This document shows, piece by piece, positions 52,860 through 64,000 of a stretch of 64,000 nt of DNA. The notes under the pieces are model-generated. The model was not told where the DNA came from. It saw only the letters and a list, made by a program, of their open reading frames with translations, and did not search any database. Each line of letters begins with the position of its first letter. The first letter of the stretch is position 1. The DNA comes from the human T2T-CHM13v2.0 reference genome, Homo sapiens. Position numbers and translations under genes: made by a program. Location of the stretch: NCBI RefSeq assembly GCF_009914755.1, contig NC_060925.1. One strand, written 5' to 3'.

Positions 52860-54800
52860 GTCCCATCACAAAATTAGGTTTATGAAGCATGTGGTGTATA
52901 GATTTCTCACTATCAGAAAAATAATTACAAAATACAGAAATGTTAAAAACAAAAATGTACCTTCTGTTATTGGATTTGAACTGGAGACAATAGTGTGAAT
53001 TCATAATTTCAATATAGATATATAAATATATAGCTGCACACATACCACCTTCCTAGGTGTGTCTACTGAATAGACAGGAAACAGTGAGAGACAAATGGTA
53101 TCAAGCATGTTTAGCATCCAGATACTGGTTTCTATGAACAATTCTTCACTAAAAAGAACCAGACCATCTTGGAGAAATTGCTGATTCCAGGGTTGGAACA
53201 GAAAAAGTACAACATGACTTTCGAACATTATTTTTTGCTAGAAAGTAAGGAATTCATCCAACAACATAGGGATATGTTAGAAGGAAACATAAGCCAATTT
53301 GAAGGGACTTCCTCTGGTCAAACCAGAAATAATTGAGGATCAAAATAAATAGTTGTATTAATGAATTATAGCCCACTGAATAAAAACAGAAAACTATAAG
53401 CCCCTACTGACTAAAATAAATATGTATATACACTGAAAATGTGATAAGGAATAAGTCTTCTCTTAAGGTACATTTTCCACAAAATTATTATTCATTTTAA
53501 AGGCAGTGCAGAAATAATTCTAAAATGAAAAAGCCTATCACAAATCGCTCTAATCAAACGATCAAAATTAACATCACCAGTAGTGAGACACAATGAAATC
53601 AGGTACCAACTAATAGGATTAAATGAGAAAATGAAATTACTTCCATGTTACTCCTGCCAAAGGTGCAGAATCTGAGTCTAGTAATAAGGAAACATTAAAC
53701 ACATCCAAATTGAGTAACATTTATGAAAGTAAGTAAAAATCAAAAGAAAAGAAAAAGCTCCCCACGGAAAATAAGCAAAGAGACTACTCCCTTTTCTTAA
53801 AACATTTACTTTAGAAAGCTTGTAAGTCTTTTCCCTATCTCTGAAATATACATAAGATTTATGAAAAACTAAAAAAAGTCCCCTTCTAGCCTTACAGACC
53901 CGCGAATGTGTTTCTCAACGACCTGGGGACCATATCCGAAATGTCATCATCAATGGAGATGGCACCTACCTACCTCTCAGTTTCTGTGGGAGGGTAGCAG
54001 CCTAACTTTGGTGAGTAGGCATCTCAATCCAAGTTGTAAAACCACCTCCTGTCATAATTATAGGAGAAGTTCATTTTTCCTTTAGATAATGCCAATTAAC
54101 AAACACAGATGGTTATCCTAACTACCAAGTGTATTTGTGATGAACTATGTGTGACAAATGTGCTGTCAAGGTCTCTTACTTGAGAACTAGTTATTGTTTA
54201 TAGGAGAATATATATGTAATAGATTGTTGCTGCTTGCTGTGTAAAAGGGTGAGATTTCCTTCTGCCTCTGCAATGTCTTAGCAGATTGCCTGTGATGAGA
54301 ATCACACTCTTGTTTAATACTTACTTAGTAATAAAACTAAAATTATTTTTCCCCATGTAGCTTTATGGAGAAGTTTTCTGGGTTGGGAGGAGATTTTGTT
54401 TTTAATTATATTAAAAACAAACACTCTCCAAAAACCTCTACAAAATAACTAACCTGTAATCATCGAAAGTGTCAAAATCACGAAAGTAAAAGAAAGGATG
54501 AATAAATGATATAGATTCAAGAAGATTAAAATGATAACACCTAAATGCAATGTGAGATTCTGGACTGGATCTTTCCAAATTAAAAAAAAAAGTTGAAAAT
54601 TGTAAAAATTTTATTGGAGCCTAAGTATTAGACAGTAGTCAGGTACTAATATTAATTTTCTTCTTTTGATGTTTATACTGAAGAATATGTTTGGAAGAAA
54701 TTCTAAAATATTTATTGTTGATGCAGCATTATTTTCAAAAGGATTAAGAAAAAATGTTATTTAAATTGTATTTTTCTGTAAGCTTGGAATTGTTTAAAAG
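52860..54800 (+). mobile_element. L1MC/ME long 3'UTR fragment with a nested LTR
   Basis: 'agaccatcttggagaaattgctgattccagggttggaacagaaaaagtacaac', 'ctaaatgcaatgtgagattctggactggatc'. Confidence 0.7.
53730..54420 (+). mobile_element. ERV1-class solo LTR (MER34/LTR48-like)
   Basis: 'ctctcagtttctgtgggagggtagcagcctaactt', 'gcagattgcctgtgatg', aataaa, 'ttttctgggttgggaggagattttgtttttaattatatt'. Confidence 0.6.
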
Positions 54801-55309
54801 GTGAGGAGGAGAGATACAAAGATAATAGAAACAACCACATACTCATCAAGAAAGTTAAATTTTGTTAAAATTTCTGCTAGTTGGTTCTTTTAAATAAATT
54901 ACAGATACATTTAAAGCTCCATTCTGAGTTCCCTATTTTTCCTTCTCTGAGGTAACAATTATGTATGATTTCCACACAAGCTTATATAATCTATGGCTGT
55001 TGTTCTGTGTTTTAAATTACATAAGTGGTATCATACATGCGTATACTTTTGTAACTTTTTTTGGATAATGTTATTTTGAGATTCATATACATTCTTACAT
55101 CTTGCTGAATTTCATTTTAACAGCAGTGTTGTATAAGGCACAGTTTACCCACTCCTCTACTGAGAAACAGGTTGTTTTGATTTTTCCCCTATTATAAGCA
55201 TTGTTGCAGCATTACATAAAGTTTAAAAAAAAAACTTTTCCCAGAGTGTGGCTTGAATGTTTTTTTTTTTTCCTTATTAGTTGACATCTGACATACAGGA
55301 GATTTTAAT

Positions 55310-58300
55310 TTTATTTCTTTCTTTCTTAATTGAGATATATTTAACATTTTTATGGGATACATGTGAGTATTTGTTACTAGCATAGAATATGTAATGATTG
55401 AGTCAGAGTATTTGGGGTGTCTATCACCTGAATATTTATTATTTATATGTGTTGGGAACGTTTCAAATTTTCTCTTCTACCTATTTTGAAATATAAAATA
55501 CATTGTTGCTAACTATAGTCACCCTACTCTGCTAGCAAACCTTATAATTTATATTTTATATTTGACTTCGTGTTTGTACCAACTAACCTCTATTCATCCC
55601 CCACTTCTCACCCACACACTCTTCCCAGCCTCTGATACCTATCATTCTATTTCCTACCTGCACAGGATAAACACTTTTTAGTTTCCAAATATGAGTAAGA
55701 GCATGCGATATTTGTCTTTTTCAACTTGCCTTCTTTAACTTAACATATTGACCTTCAGTTCTATCCATTTGCTATGAATGACATTATTTCATTTGTTTTT
55801 ATGGACAAACAGTACTTTATTTTGTACGCATACCATATATTCTTTATCCATTCATCCATTGATGAACACTTAGGTTGATTCCATATCTTGGCTATTGTGA
55901 ATAGTGCTGCAATAAACATGTGAATGCAGGTATCACTTTGATATACTGATTTGGTTTCCACTGGATAAATGCCCAGTAGTGGAATTGCTGAATTGTATAG
56001 TAGTTCTAGTTTTAGTTTTTTGAAAAATCTTCATTCAATTTTCCATAGTGGCTGTACTAACTGACAGTTCCACCAAGAGCATAAGAGTTCCTTTCTTTCT
56101 TGGAAAATGGAGGTTTTTTCCTCCATTCTCACTAGCTTTTGCTATTTTTTGTCTTTTCATAATACCCATTCTAACTGGGCTAAGATAAAACCCCAGTGTG
56201 GTTTTGATTTGCATTTCCCTGGTTATTAGTGATGTTGATCACTAATAAATAAAAATAATGTATTTTTAAATACACCTGTTGGTTGTTTGTATTTCTTTTT
56301 TTGAGAAATGTCTATTTATGTTGTTTGTCCACTTTTTAATGTGATTTGTTTTTTTCCTGTTGGATTCTTTAACTACCTTTTATATTCCGAGCACTAGTCT
56401 CTCATTAGATTAATAGTTTGCAAATGTTTTATCCAATTCAACAGGTTTTCTCTTTACTCTATTGACATTTTCCTTTGTTATACAGAAAAATTTTAGCTTA
56501 ATAGAGATGTACTTGTCTATTTTTGGTTGTTTTTTGTATTTTTTTAGGTACTAACCATAAAACCTTCGCCTAGATGAATATCCAGAAATATTAATATTTG
56601 TGTAGGCTTCCTCTTGTAGTTTTATAGTTTTAAGTCTTTAATTTATCTTTGGTTGATTTTTGTGTATGGTGAAAGATAAGGGTGCTGTTTCCTTCTTCTA
56701 CATGTGAATATCCAGTTTTCCCAGAACCATGTGTTGAAGAAAATATCTTTCCCACTGAATGTTCTTTATGCCTCAGTCAAAAATCAGTTGGCTGTAAATA
56801 CATGTTTTTTTATTTAACTCTAGTCTGTTAAATTGTTCCATGTCTGTTTTTATACCAATACCAAACTGCTTTTCTTTATAGCCTTGTAATATATTTTGAA
56901 GTCAGGTAGTGTTATATCTCCAGCTTTGTTCCTTTTGCTCAGAATTGCTTTGGCTATGTGGGGTATTTTTTGGTTCCAATGAACTTTAGGATTTTTTTTA
57001 TAATTCTGTAAAAAATGATGTTGGCATTTTAATGGATTTTGAATTGAATCTGTAGATTGCTTTGGGATATATGATCATTTTATCAATATTAGTTCTCTAA
57101 TCCATTTATATCCTCTTCAGTTTCTTTTATTGGTGTTTTATAGTTTTCCTCATGGAGATCTTTCACCCTCTTTATTACATTTATCCCCAGATATTTTATT
57201 TTTTAATAGATATTGTAAATGCAATTGCTTTTTTTTCTCAGCTAATTAATTATTGGTGTATACAAATGCTACTGATTTTTCTATGTTGATTTTGTATCCT
57301 GCAACTTTACTGAATTTGTTTATCAAATCTAAAAGGTTTACTGGGAAAGTCTATAGGTTTTTCTAGATACAAGATTATATAATTAGCAAAGAAGGACAAT
57401 TTGACTTTCAGTTTTTCCCCATTTAGTATGATATTGACTGTGGGTTTGTTATATGTGGCCTTTCTTATGTTGAATATGTTCCTTCTATGTCTAGTTTGTT
57501 GAGACTTTTAATTATAAAGAGATGTTAAATCTTATCAAGTGCTTTTCTGTATCTATTGAGAAGATCATACTGATTTTGCCCTTGATTCTGTTGATGTGGT
57601 TTATCACATTTATTGATTTGTGTATGTTGAAACATCCTTGCATCCTGGGATAAATCCTACTTGATCATGATGTATTATAGTTTTGATGTGCTGTTAGATT
57701 CAATTTTTTAGTATTTTCTTGAGGACTTTTGCATATATGTTTGTCAAGAATATGAGCTTTCAGTTTTCTTTTCTTTTCTTTTTTTTTTTTTTTGTTCTTG
57801 CATCTTAGTGTGGTTTTGGTATCAGATTAATGCTGGCCTGGTAGACTAAGTTAGAGAGAATTCCCTCCTCTTGAGTTTTTTGAAATAATTGAGGAGAAGT
57901 AATTTTCTTGGTCATCTAGAAAGTAGGTTATCCATTTTGTTTACCTTTAAAAATGCATTTTTGTTTTACTATCTCTTCTATGTTTTGGCGGGTGAGGGTT
58001 CTAATTTTCTGTCTATGTGTTCTGTCTAATGCTGACAGTATGGTGTTGAAGTCCCCAAATATTACTGTATTTGAGCCTATCTCTCCCTTTAAATCTAGTA
58101 ATATTTGCTTTATATATTTGAGTGTTCTGTGTTGGGTAAATATGTTTAGAATTGTTACATCCTCTTGCCGAATTGATCCTTTTATCATTTTATAATTTTT
58201 TGTCTCTTTTTACTGTTTTTGACTTAAAGTCTATTTTATCTAACTTAAGTATGACTACTCATGCTCAATTTTGATTTCCATTTTAAAATATTTCTTTTTT

Positions 58301-60670
58301 CATCTTATTACTTTAGGTTATATATGTCTACAAATATGACGAGGTTTCTTGTAGGCAGCATATAGTTGGGTCCTTTTTTAATCCATTCAGCTAGTCTATA
58401 TCTTTAAATCAAAAGTTTAATGTAGTTTACATTCAAGGTTATTATTGATATGCAGGAGCTTATTGTTAGCATTGTATTAATTGATTTCTGGTTGTTTTGG
58501 ATAGCCTTTTTCTTTTTCTCTTATCATTTATTATTGTGATTTGGTGGTCTTCTGTAGTGGTAACTTTTGAGACTTTTCCTATATTTGGATATCTGTATTT
58601 CTTGCTAGTCCTGGAAAGTTGTCAGTATTATTTCTCTCACTAAGTTTTCTATCATTTTCATTTTCTCTTTGCCTTCTGGGACACCAAAAGTTCAAAGATT
58701 GTGTTGCTTTATGGTGTTCCATATGTTACGTATGCTGTGTTCATTTTTTTAAAACTCCTTATTTCAAATTTTTGTCTTGGTTATCTCAAAGGACTGGCCT
58801 TCAAATCCTGAGATACTTCTGCTGGATTTAGTCAGTTTTTGAGGCTTTTGAATATATTTTGTATTTCATTCAATGAATTCTTCAGTTCCAGATTTCCATT
58901 TGGTTCATAATGTTTATCTCTTTGTCAAATTTCTTACTCTACCCTGGATTGCTTTTCTGATTTAATTATATGGTTTATTATTATGTACTTTCTGAGCTTC
59001 TTCAATATTATATTTTAAAATCTTTTTCTATGATTTCATAAGCCATATTTCCTTACTTTTTTATGTTGCTTGTATTCTTAGGTTGATATCTGTGCATGTG
59101 TTACAGTCACTCTTTCCTATTTTTAAAGTAACTTTCCTAAGGGAAGACATTTTCCTAAAGTTATATCTATGATGTTTGTTGGGTTGGACACTTTGGATTT
59201 GATCCTGAGTGCATGCATTAATGTCATTAGTGTGTGATTTCTTCAGCTATAAACAACATCAATTGTATCTGTGATTTCCTCAGTGGCTTATGGTACAGTT
59301 ATTGGAGGGTTTGGTGAAGTTTTGCTGGGGACAGAGAAACCAGGTGGCCTAGTCTTCAGGCTCCATTGGTGGCAGCAGTGGGGTAAGCATGTCTGTCCTT
59401 GGACTCAAGGGTAGCATACCATGGCACCAGTGTTAGCAGGTCCAGGTGGGCCAATTTTGGGGCCTCCAGGTGATTTTCTCAGATGCTGGTAGTGGCAGTG
59501 GTAAGCTGAATGTGTGGGCATGTTCTGCTGTGCCTAGGCAGCAGAAGTGGCATGGGCAATAGTGGTAGTAGTGGCAAGACAACCCTATAGGTCCTGAGAG
59601 GTATGTGCTAGTGTTGGTTGTAGCTACCATTGGCTGGGCTGGCCAGTCTTCAGGCTCACGAGTGGTGAGTGCAGGTAGGTGTCAGCTGTGATAGTAGTGG
59701 TAGGATGGGTGAATCCAACTTCAGGCCCCTAGGATAAGTGCTCAGATGCCAATAGTTTGTGCACTGGGCTGGGCAACCCCCAGGACCCTGAACTGCATGT
59801 TCTAGGCAGGGCAGGTGGTGATGCTTGGCCAGGGGTCCCCCAATAGTGCATTCAGGCACTGGCTGTGATAGGCAGGGATGGGGTGGGGTCAGCCTCAGGC
59901 CCCCAGTAGACTGCTTCAGTGGAGGGTGGCAGGAGTTGTATTGTGACTCTGCTACTAAGGAGAGTAGAGTTGCTTTCGGTGGTAGCAGCTGTATGTAGGT
60001 GGGTGAGGAACACATATTTCAGTCATGCTTCAGCCCAGTGGCAGCAGCCTGCAGTGATGGCAGTCTGGGGAGGGGGAGGGGAGGCTCTGTCTTGGTGTGG
60101 GAAAAATTCAGAGTGGCGCTTCTGCTGGAGGTAGTGGGTCACTGCTGGTGGCCTCTGCTTCATCTCTGGTGGCAGCAGCTAGCTACAGTAGTGGCTGCAG
60201 TTGTGGGTTGTCGTGGGGCTCCAGCGACATGAAGATACAGGTACTGTTGAGTCTTAGGGCAAGGTGCATTCTGTTGGGAGCTGGCTCAAAACGTCAACTT
60301 TGTGTAGTTGCATAGGACTCAGGAGGTGTCATGGACTCAGCATATGTTTTCTCTTTGGTGCAATCACGTGTTCTCTAGGCTTCTCCCTATGTTAGTCTCA
60401 GGATCCATGAGGGTCAAGGGACTCCTGTGGCTAAGATTGCAGGCATCCAGGGTGGAAACGTGGACTGCTGGGGGTCTGTCTCTTACCTTTACTCTGCACT
60501 GGGGAGTCTCTCCACGTCCCAGATGATCCCAGCCAAGCAGGCTGTCTTGCCTTCCTTGCCTTAGGTGTTTCCAGTCACTTCTCTGTCGAATTCCAGTGTT
60601 CTTTCTTGGATGATCTATTTGACGTATGATTATCTACTCACTATTTGGGTTCCTTGTGGAAGAGATAAGT
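55310..60670 (-). mobile_element. L1MA4/4A-like element, near full length with several internal deletions, GC-rich 5' region 59200-60670
   Basis: 3' end 'gggatacatgtgagtatttgttac..catagaatatgtaatgat', ORF2 remnants (ORF 57928-58188 EN-like MIKGSIRQEDVTILNI), ORF1 remnants. Confidence 0.85.
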
Positions 60671-61282
60671 CCATATCAGAAAAGCTGGGCCAATTCTAAA
60701 GGTTCTGATTTATCATAGCCAGTTAACACAAAGTAAAGTCAATGTGCTCATTAAAAAATGCAAAGACAACATGACTTAGTTATATGTAATATCTGTGATA
60801 ATGTTCCTACCTAGTATAAAAAAGTAAAACCCTGATGTTAATGAAATGTCTCTAGTTGGCCATATTGAAGCTCTTCCCCAGGGCTTTAAATTTAATATTG
60901 GTACATTTGTTGATCCATTATTAATGGTTTCTCCTTTTACTAACTTCAAGCATTGTAGGTGTTTTTCTTTATGTACTTCAGGGAATAAAGTGCAATCTAT
61001 TTTTATGATAAAAGCTTATTATGAAAAATAGATAACTTATATACATATATTCATCCTTCTAGGTTGAAAGGCCCTAAGTCTTTTAAAATAAATATAAAAT
61101 TAAAGCCTATATCACAGATTTTTAAAAAATATTTATTTTCTGTGTTTGTGTTTGGGAAAACAGGAAGAAAACATACTTAAAGTTGTCAGGTTTACATTAT
61201 TTGTTTTTCGGTTAACCGTGTGGGAAAATGTTTGAGGATATTAGTATTTGAAGCTACCTCAAAAAATATTTATTTATTTTTT

Positions 61283-62118
61283 ATCCATGCATTCATGCAA
61301 GCATTCATTCATTTACTCAACAAATATTTGATTTGTCAAAATGTCGTCTTGTGCTTAATATTTGCAGTAAAGTATTAGAGGCAAAACAAAGTCTTTGATC
61401 TCAGAGATTTTGCATTTTGGTGAGACACAATAGGCAATAAACAAATGAATCTACAAGTCCACAATGGTCAGATGATGATAAGTGCTGTGGAAAACAATAA
61501 AGCAGCTGGATTAGAGGTGAGGCAGTGGCTACTCATTCAGCTGGAGGTTTCTAATAGAGAAGCAAATAAACAGAGACATGAAGGTAGAGAGGAAAGGAGC
61601 CGTATGTGTACGTGAGGAAAGACCATTCCAGGAGGAGAAAGAACACATACGTAAGCTCTAAGCTGAGTGTGCATGTGTGCATTGTTGCGTTTATTGGAGG
61701 GGGTTTCTTCATGATACATGGATACCAGCCAGACTACAGCAGAGTGGAAACCAGCTGTTATGAGCGAAAAAAAAAATAGAGTTATATTTATGGTAAGAAC
61801 TTTGGCTTTTACTTTGAGGCAGTTGGAAAGTTTGATTAAATAATTAACATGAACTGTCTGTAAAATACACCGTTGGTTGCTGTGTTCAAAATAGATAAGG
61901 TAGAAATAGATATAGAGGGTATTATTTCAATAAATATTTTGGTGACTTAGATTGGCATAGTAATAGTATACAATGTAAGAGATGTCAGACTTTTCAGACT
62001 CTGGATCATAAATATTTTAAAGATAGAGATAAGAGGGTTTGAGGTTAAGAGTTTAAGTCAAAGATGATGTCAAAGTTTGTGGCTTGAGTAACTGAAAAGG
62101 TGCAACTTTCCTTATGTG
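61283..62118 (-). mobile_element. L2 3' part
   Basis: 'cattcattcatttactcaacaaatatttg' L2 terminus and downstream body. Confidence 0.8.
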
Positions 62119-63492
62119 AATCTGACATAATAATCCAGTCATTTGCGTTAGCTTAGATTGGTGCAGTGATAAGTCTTATTTATCATGTTCACAAATATTA
62201 ATGACTAAGGTACTTTTTAGTGAGATAAAGTAGGAGATGGAAAAATATATTGAAGAATTGATGTCAGGATGGCTGCCTGTTCATACTTCATATGAAGTGG
62301 CAAAACTTTCATGCTAATTGTAATGAATAGCTTCTCAATGGAATATAGACTAAAATGATTTAGAATCAGAGAATTGGCTAAGCGTATTAATTGCTCATAG
62401 AATTCAAGAGGGAAAGAAGTGAAAAATTCCCTTTTCTGTCTGTTGTTATAGTACTGGTTAAAATGAGACCTTAAGATAGAAAATAGTAGCAGGAGAAAAG
62501 TGGAAAAGATAAGCCTTTTTCTATCATCTGAAGACCGTCTTCTCCGGACTATCTGAACAGGTATCATATTCACTCAAGTAACATAATAAAGACTACTGAT
62601 TACTGAAAGACTATATAGGTATCTGTTGTCAAAACAAGTGATTATTAAATGGTAAGTACATTTAATAATCATTTGAGGGTAAGAAACTTGGACATTTCAT
62701 AGAATAATTTCAGTGAAGCCTGGTAAATCATAATTAAAATGGACTATTAGAATTAAAGATCAGGGGCTTAAGACATGCATTTAAGATATCACGGAAGGCA
62801 CTGATTATTTGTGTGGACAACCAATCCCCATGTGGATGCAATTTTCTGTAAGTAGATGCTTCTGAGAGTGTAACATCTAATTTGTGGCATTGAGTAAAGT
62901 TTAAGACTTGTCAGACCTGCCTTGGGAGGGATAGCTTCCCCACCCCTTCCCCAGCCACAAATGGAATACTGCATTCCACAGTGAGAATGTGGCTGGATTC
63001 AAAGTCACTTTAATCTAGGTGTATGAATGTCAGGGAGAAACACTGAATTCAATGTCATTGACACAGTAATGATAGGTCCCTTGATGGGAGTGATCCCCAG
63101 ACTTGGATGACTTAACTAACTTTGGTCTTGGAAAGCCAAAAAAATAAGCAGGAGGCCGATTATTTCTGTGCAAATGATGTGTCTCAGTTAAGTCACTACT
63201 AAAAACAGAAGCCCAAAGTACAGTAATTTACTTGAAAGAGAATAAAGATTGGGTCTGAAAATGCTTTAACATCAACCTTTTTGGATTTGGAGGTGCTATG
63301 GTGGAGAGAAAAAAAGCAAAGGAGTTATGTTAAATATTGGAAGTATGACTGGAAAGATTATTTAATGATCAAGTAGCTTTTACCTGAATTTATAATTGGT
63401 AAGAATATCATTACAAATATTACACGTAACTAGGGCTTGTTGCCTTTGCATTTTTATGAACATATTGCTTGTACCTTGTTTTAATTGTCTAG

Positions 63493-63606
63493 GATAAATG
63501 AGAACCTTTAGAATTGCCTCAGTCTTCCTGATGTTAAGAATTAAGCAAAACTAAAGTCCAAAATCTAACAAAGGATCATTATTCTGATTAGGTAAATCTC
63601 TGACAG
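63493..63606 (+). other. Candidate non-coding exon
   Basis: Acceptor 'cttgtaccttgttttaattgtctag|' and consensus donor 'cag|gtgagt'; stops in all frames; unique sequence. Confidence 0.3.
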
Positions 63607-63659
63607 GTGAGTTTGGATTCCTACTCCCTTTCTTTTCATTAGTTTAATATGTTCAGGCC

Positions 63660-63828
63660 AATGAGTCAACCATTTTGGCTTCAGCATCTCTTTGCTCTTT
63701 TGAAGTTATTGCGGACCCCAGAGAGCTTTGATTATGTGGATTATGTTCATTGATATATACCATATCCAAAATTAAAACATATAAATTTAAAAATATTTGT
63801 TTATTATGTCATTAAAAATATAACAATT
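63660..63828 (+). mobile_element. hAT-Charlie-type DNA transposon fragment
   Basis: 'ttattgcggaccccagagagctttgattatgtggattat...aaaattaaaac'. Confidence 0.6.
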
Positions 63829-64000
63829 GGTCGGGCGCGGTGGGTCACGCCTGTAATCCCAGCACTTTGGGAGGCTGAGGAGGGCGGATCATGAGGTCAG
63901 GAGATCGAGACCGTCCTGGCTAACACAGGGAAACCCCGTCTCTACTAAAAATACAAAAAATTAGCCGGGCCTGCTGGCGGACGCCTGTAGTCCCAACTAC
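63829..64000 (+). mobile_element. AluY (runs off window end)
   Basis: 'gatcatgaggtcaggagatcgagaccgtcctggctaacac'. Confidence 0.95.

Noticed and set aside
62217-62573. 118-aa minus-strand ORF in unique DNA
   Set aside because: No recognisable domain, non-ATG start in the track, composition typical of AT-rich non-coding DNA

Overview
AT-rich, repeat-dense primate (human/great-ape-type) nuclear DNA: AluY/AluS/AluJ, L1PA, LTR12 and THE1 are all present. There is no credible protein-coding gene; the long ORFs in the track are fragments of L1 ORF2, THE1-int or Alu, or chance ORFs. Most of the window is nested retrotransposons and DNA-transposon fossils. These include a full-length L1MA1 (4.6-14.5 kb) carrying two Alus, a 5'-inverted L1PA and an LTR12, plus a twin-primed L1PA15/16, old L1M copies, a THE1 element, L2/MIR, and hAT and Tigger elements. 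The most unusual items read directly from the sequence are: (i) a perfect 47-bp-arm hairpin at 25991-26091 built from an L1PA remnant plus its flank; (ii) a 95-bp inverted copy of nearby flanking DNA embedded in the 5' end of an L1PA at 24479-24573; (iii) a THE1 with non-matching LTRs and no TSD, probably a recombination-deletion scar; (iv) an Alu-head/L1PA8 chimera with a target-site deletion; (v) an old mitochondrial 12S rRNA NUMT; (vi) a perfect 4-unit heat-shock element and a POU-motif minisatellite. Subfamily names come from recalled consensus sequences and need RepeatMasker/Dfam confirmation; boundaries of old elements are approximate.
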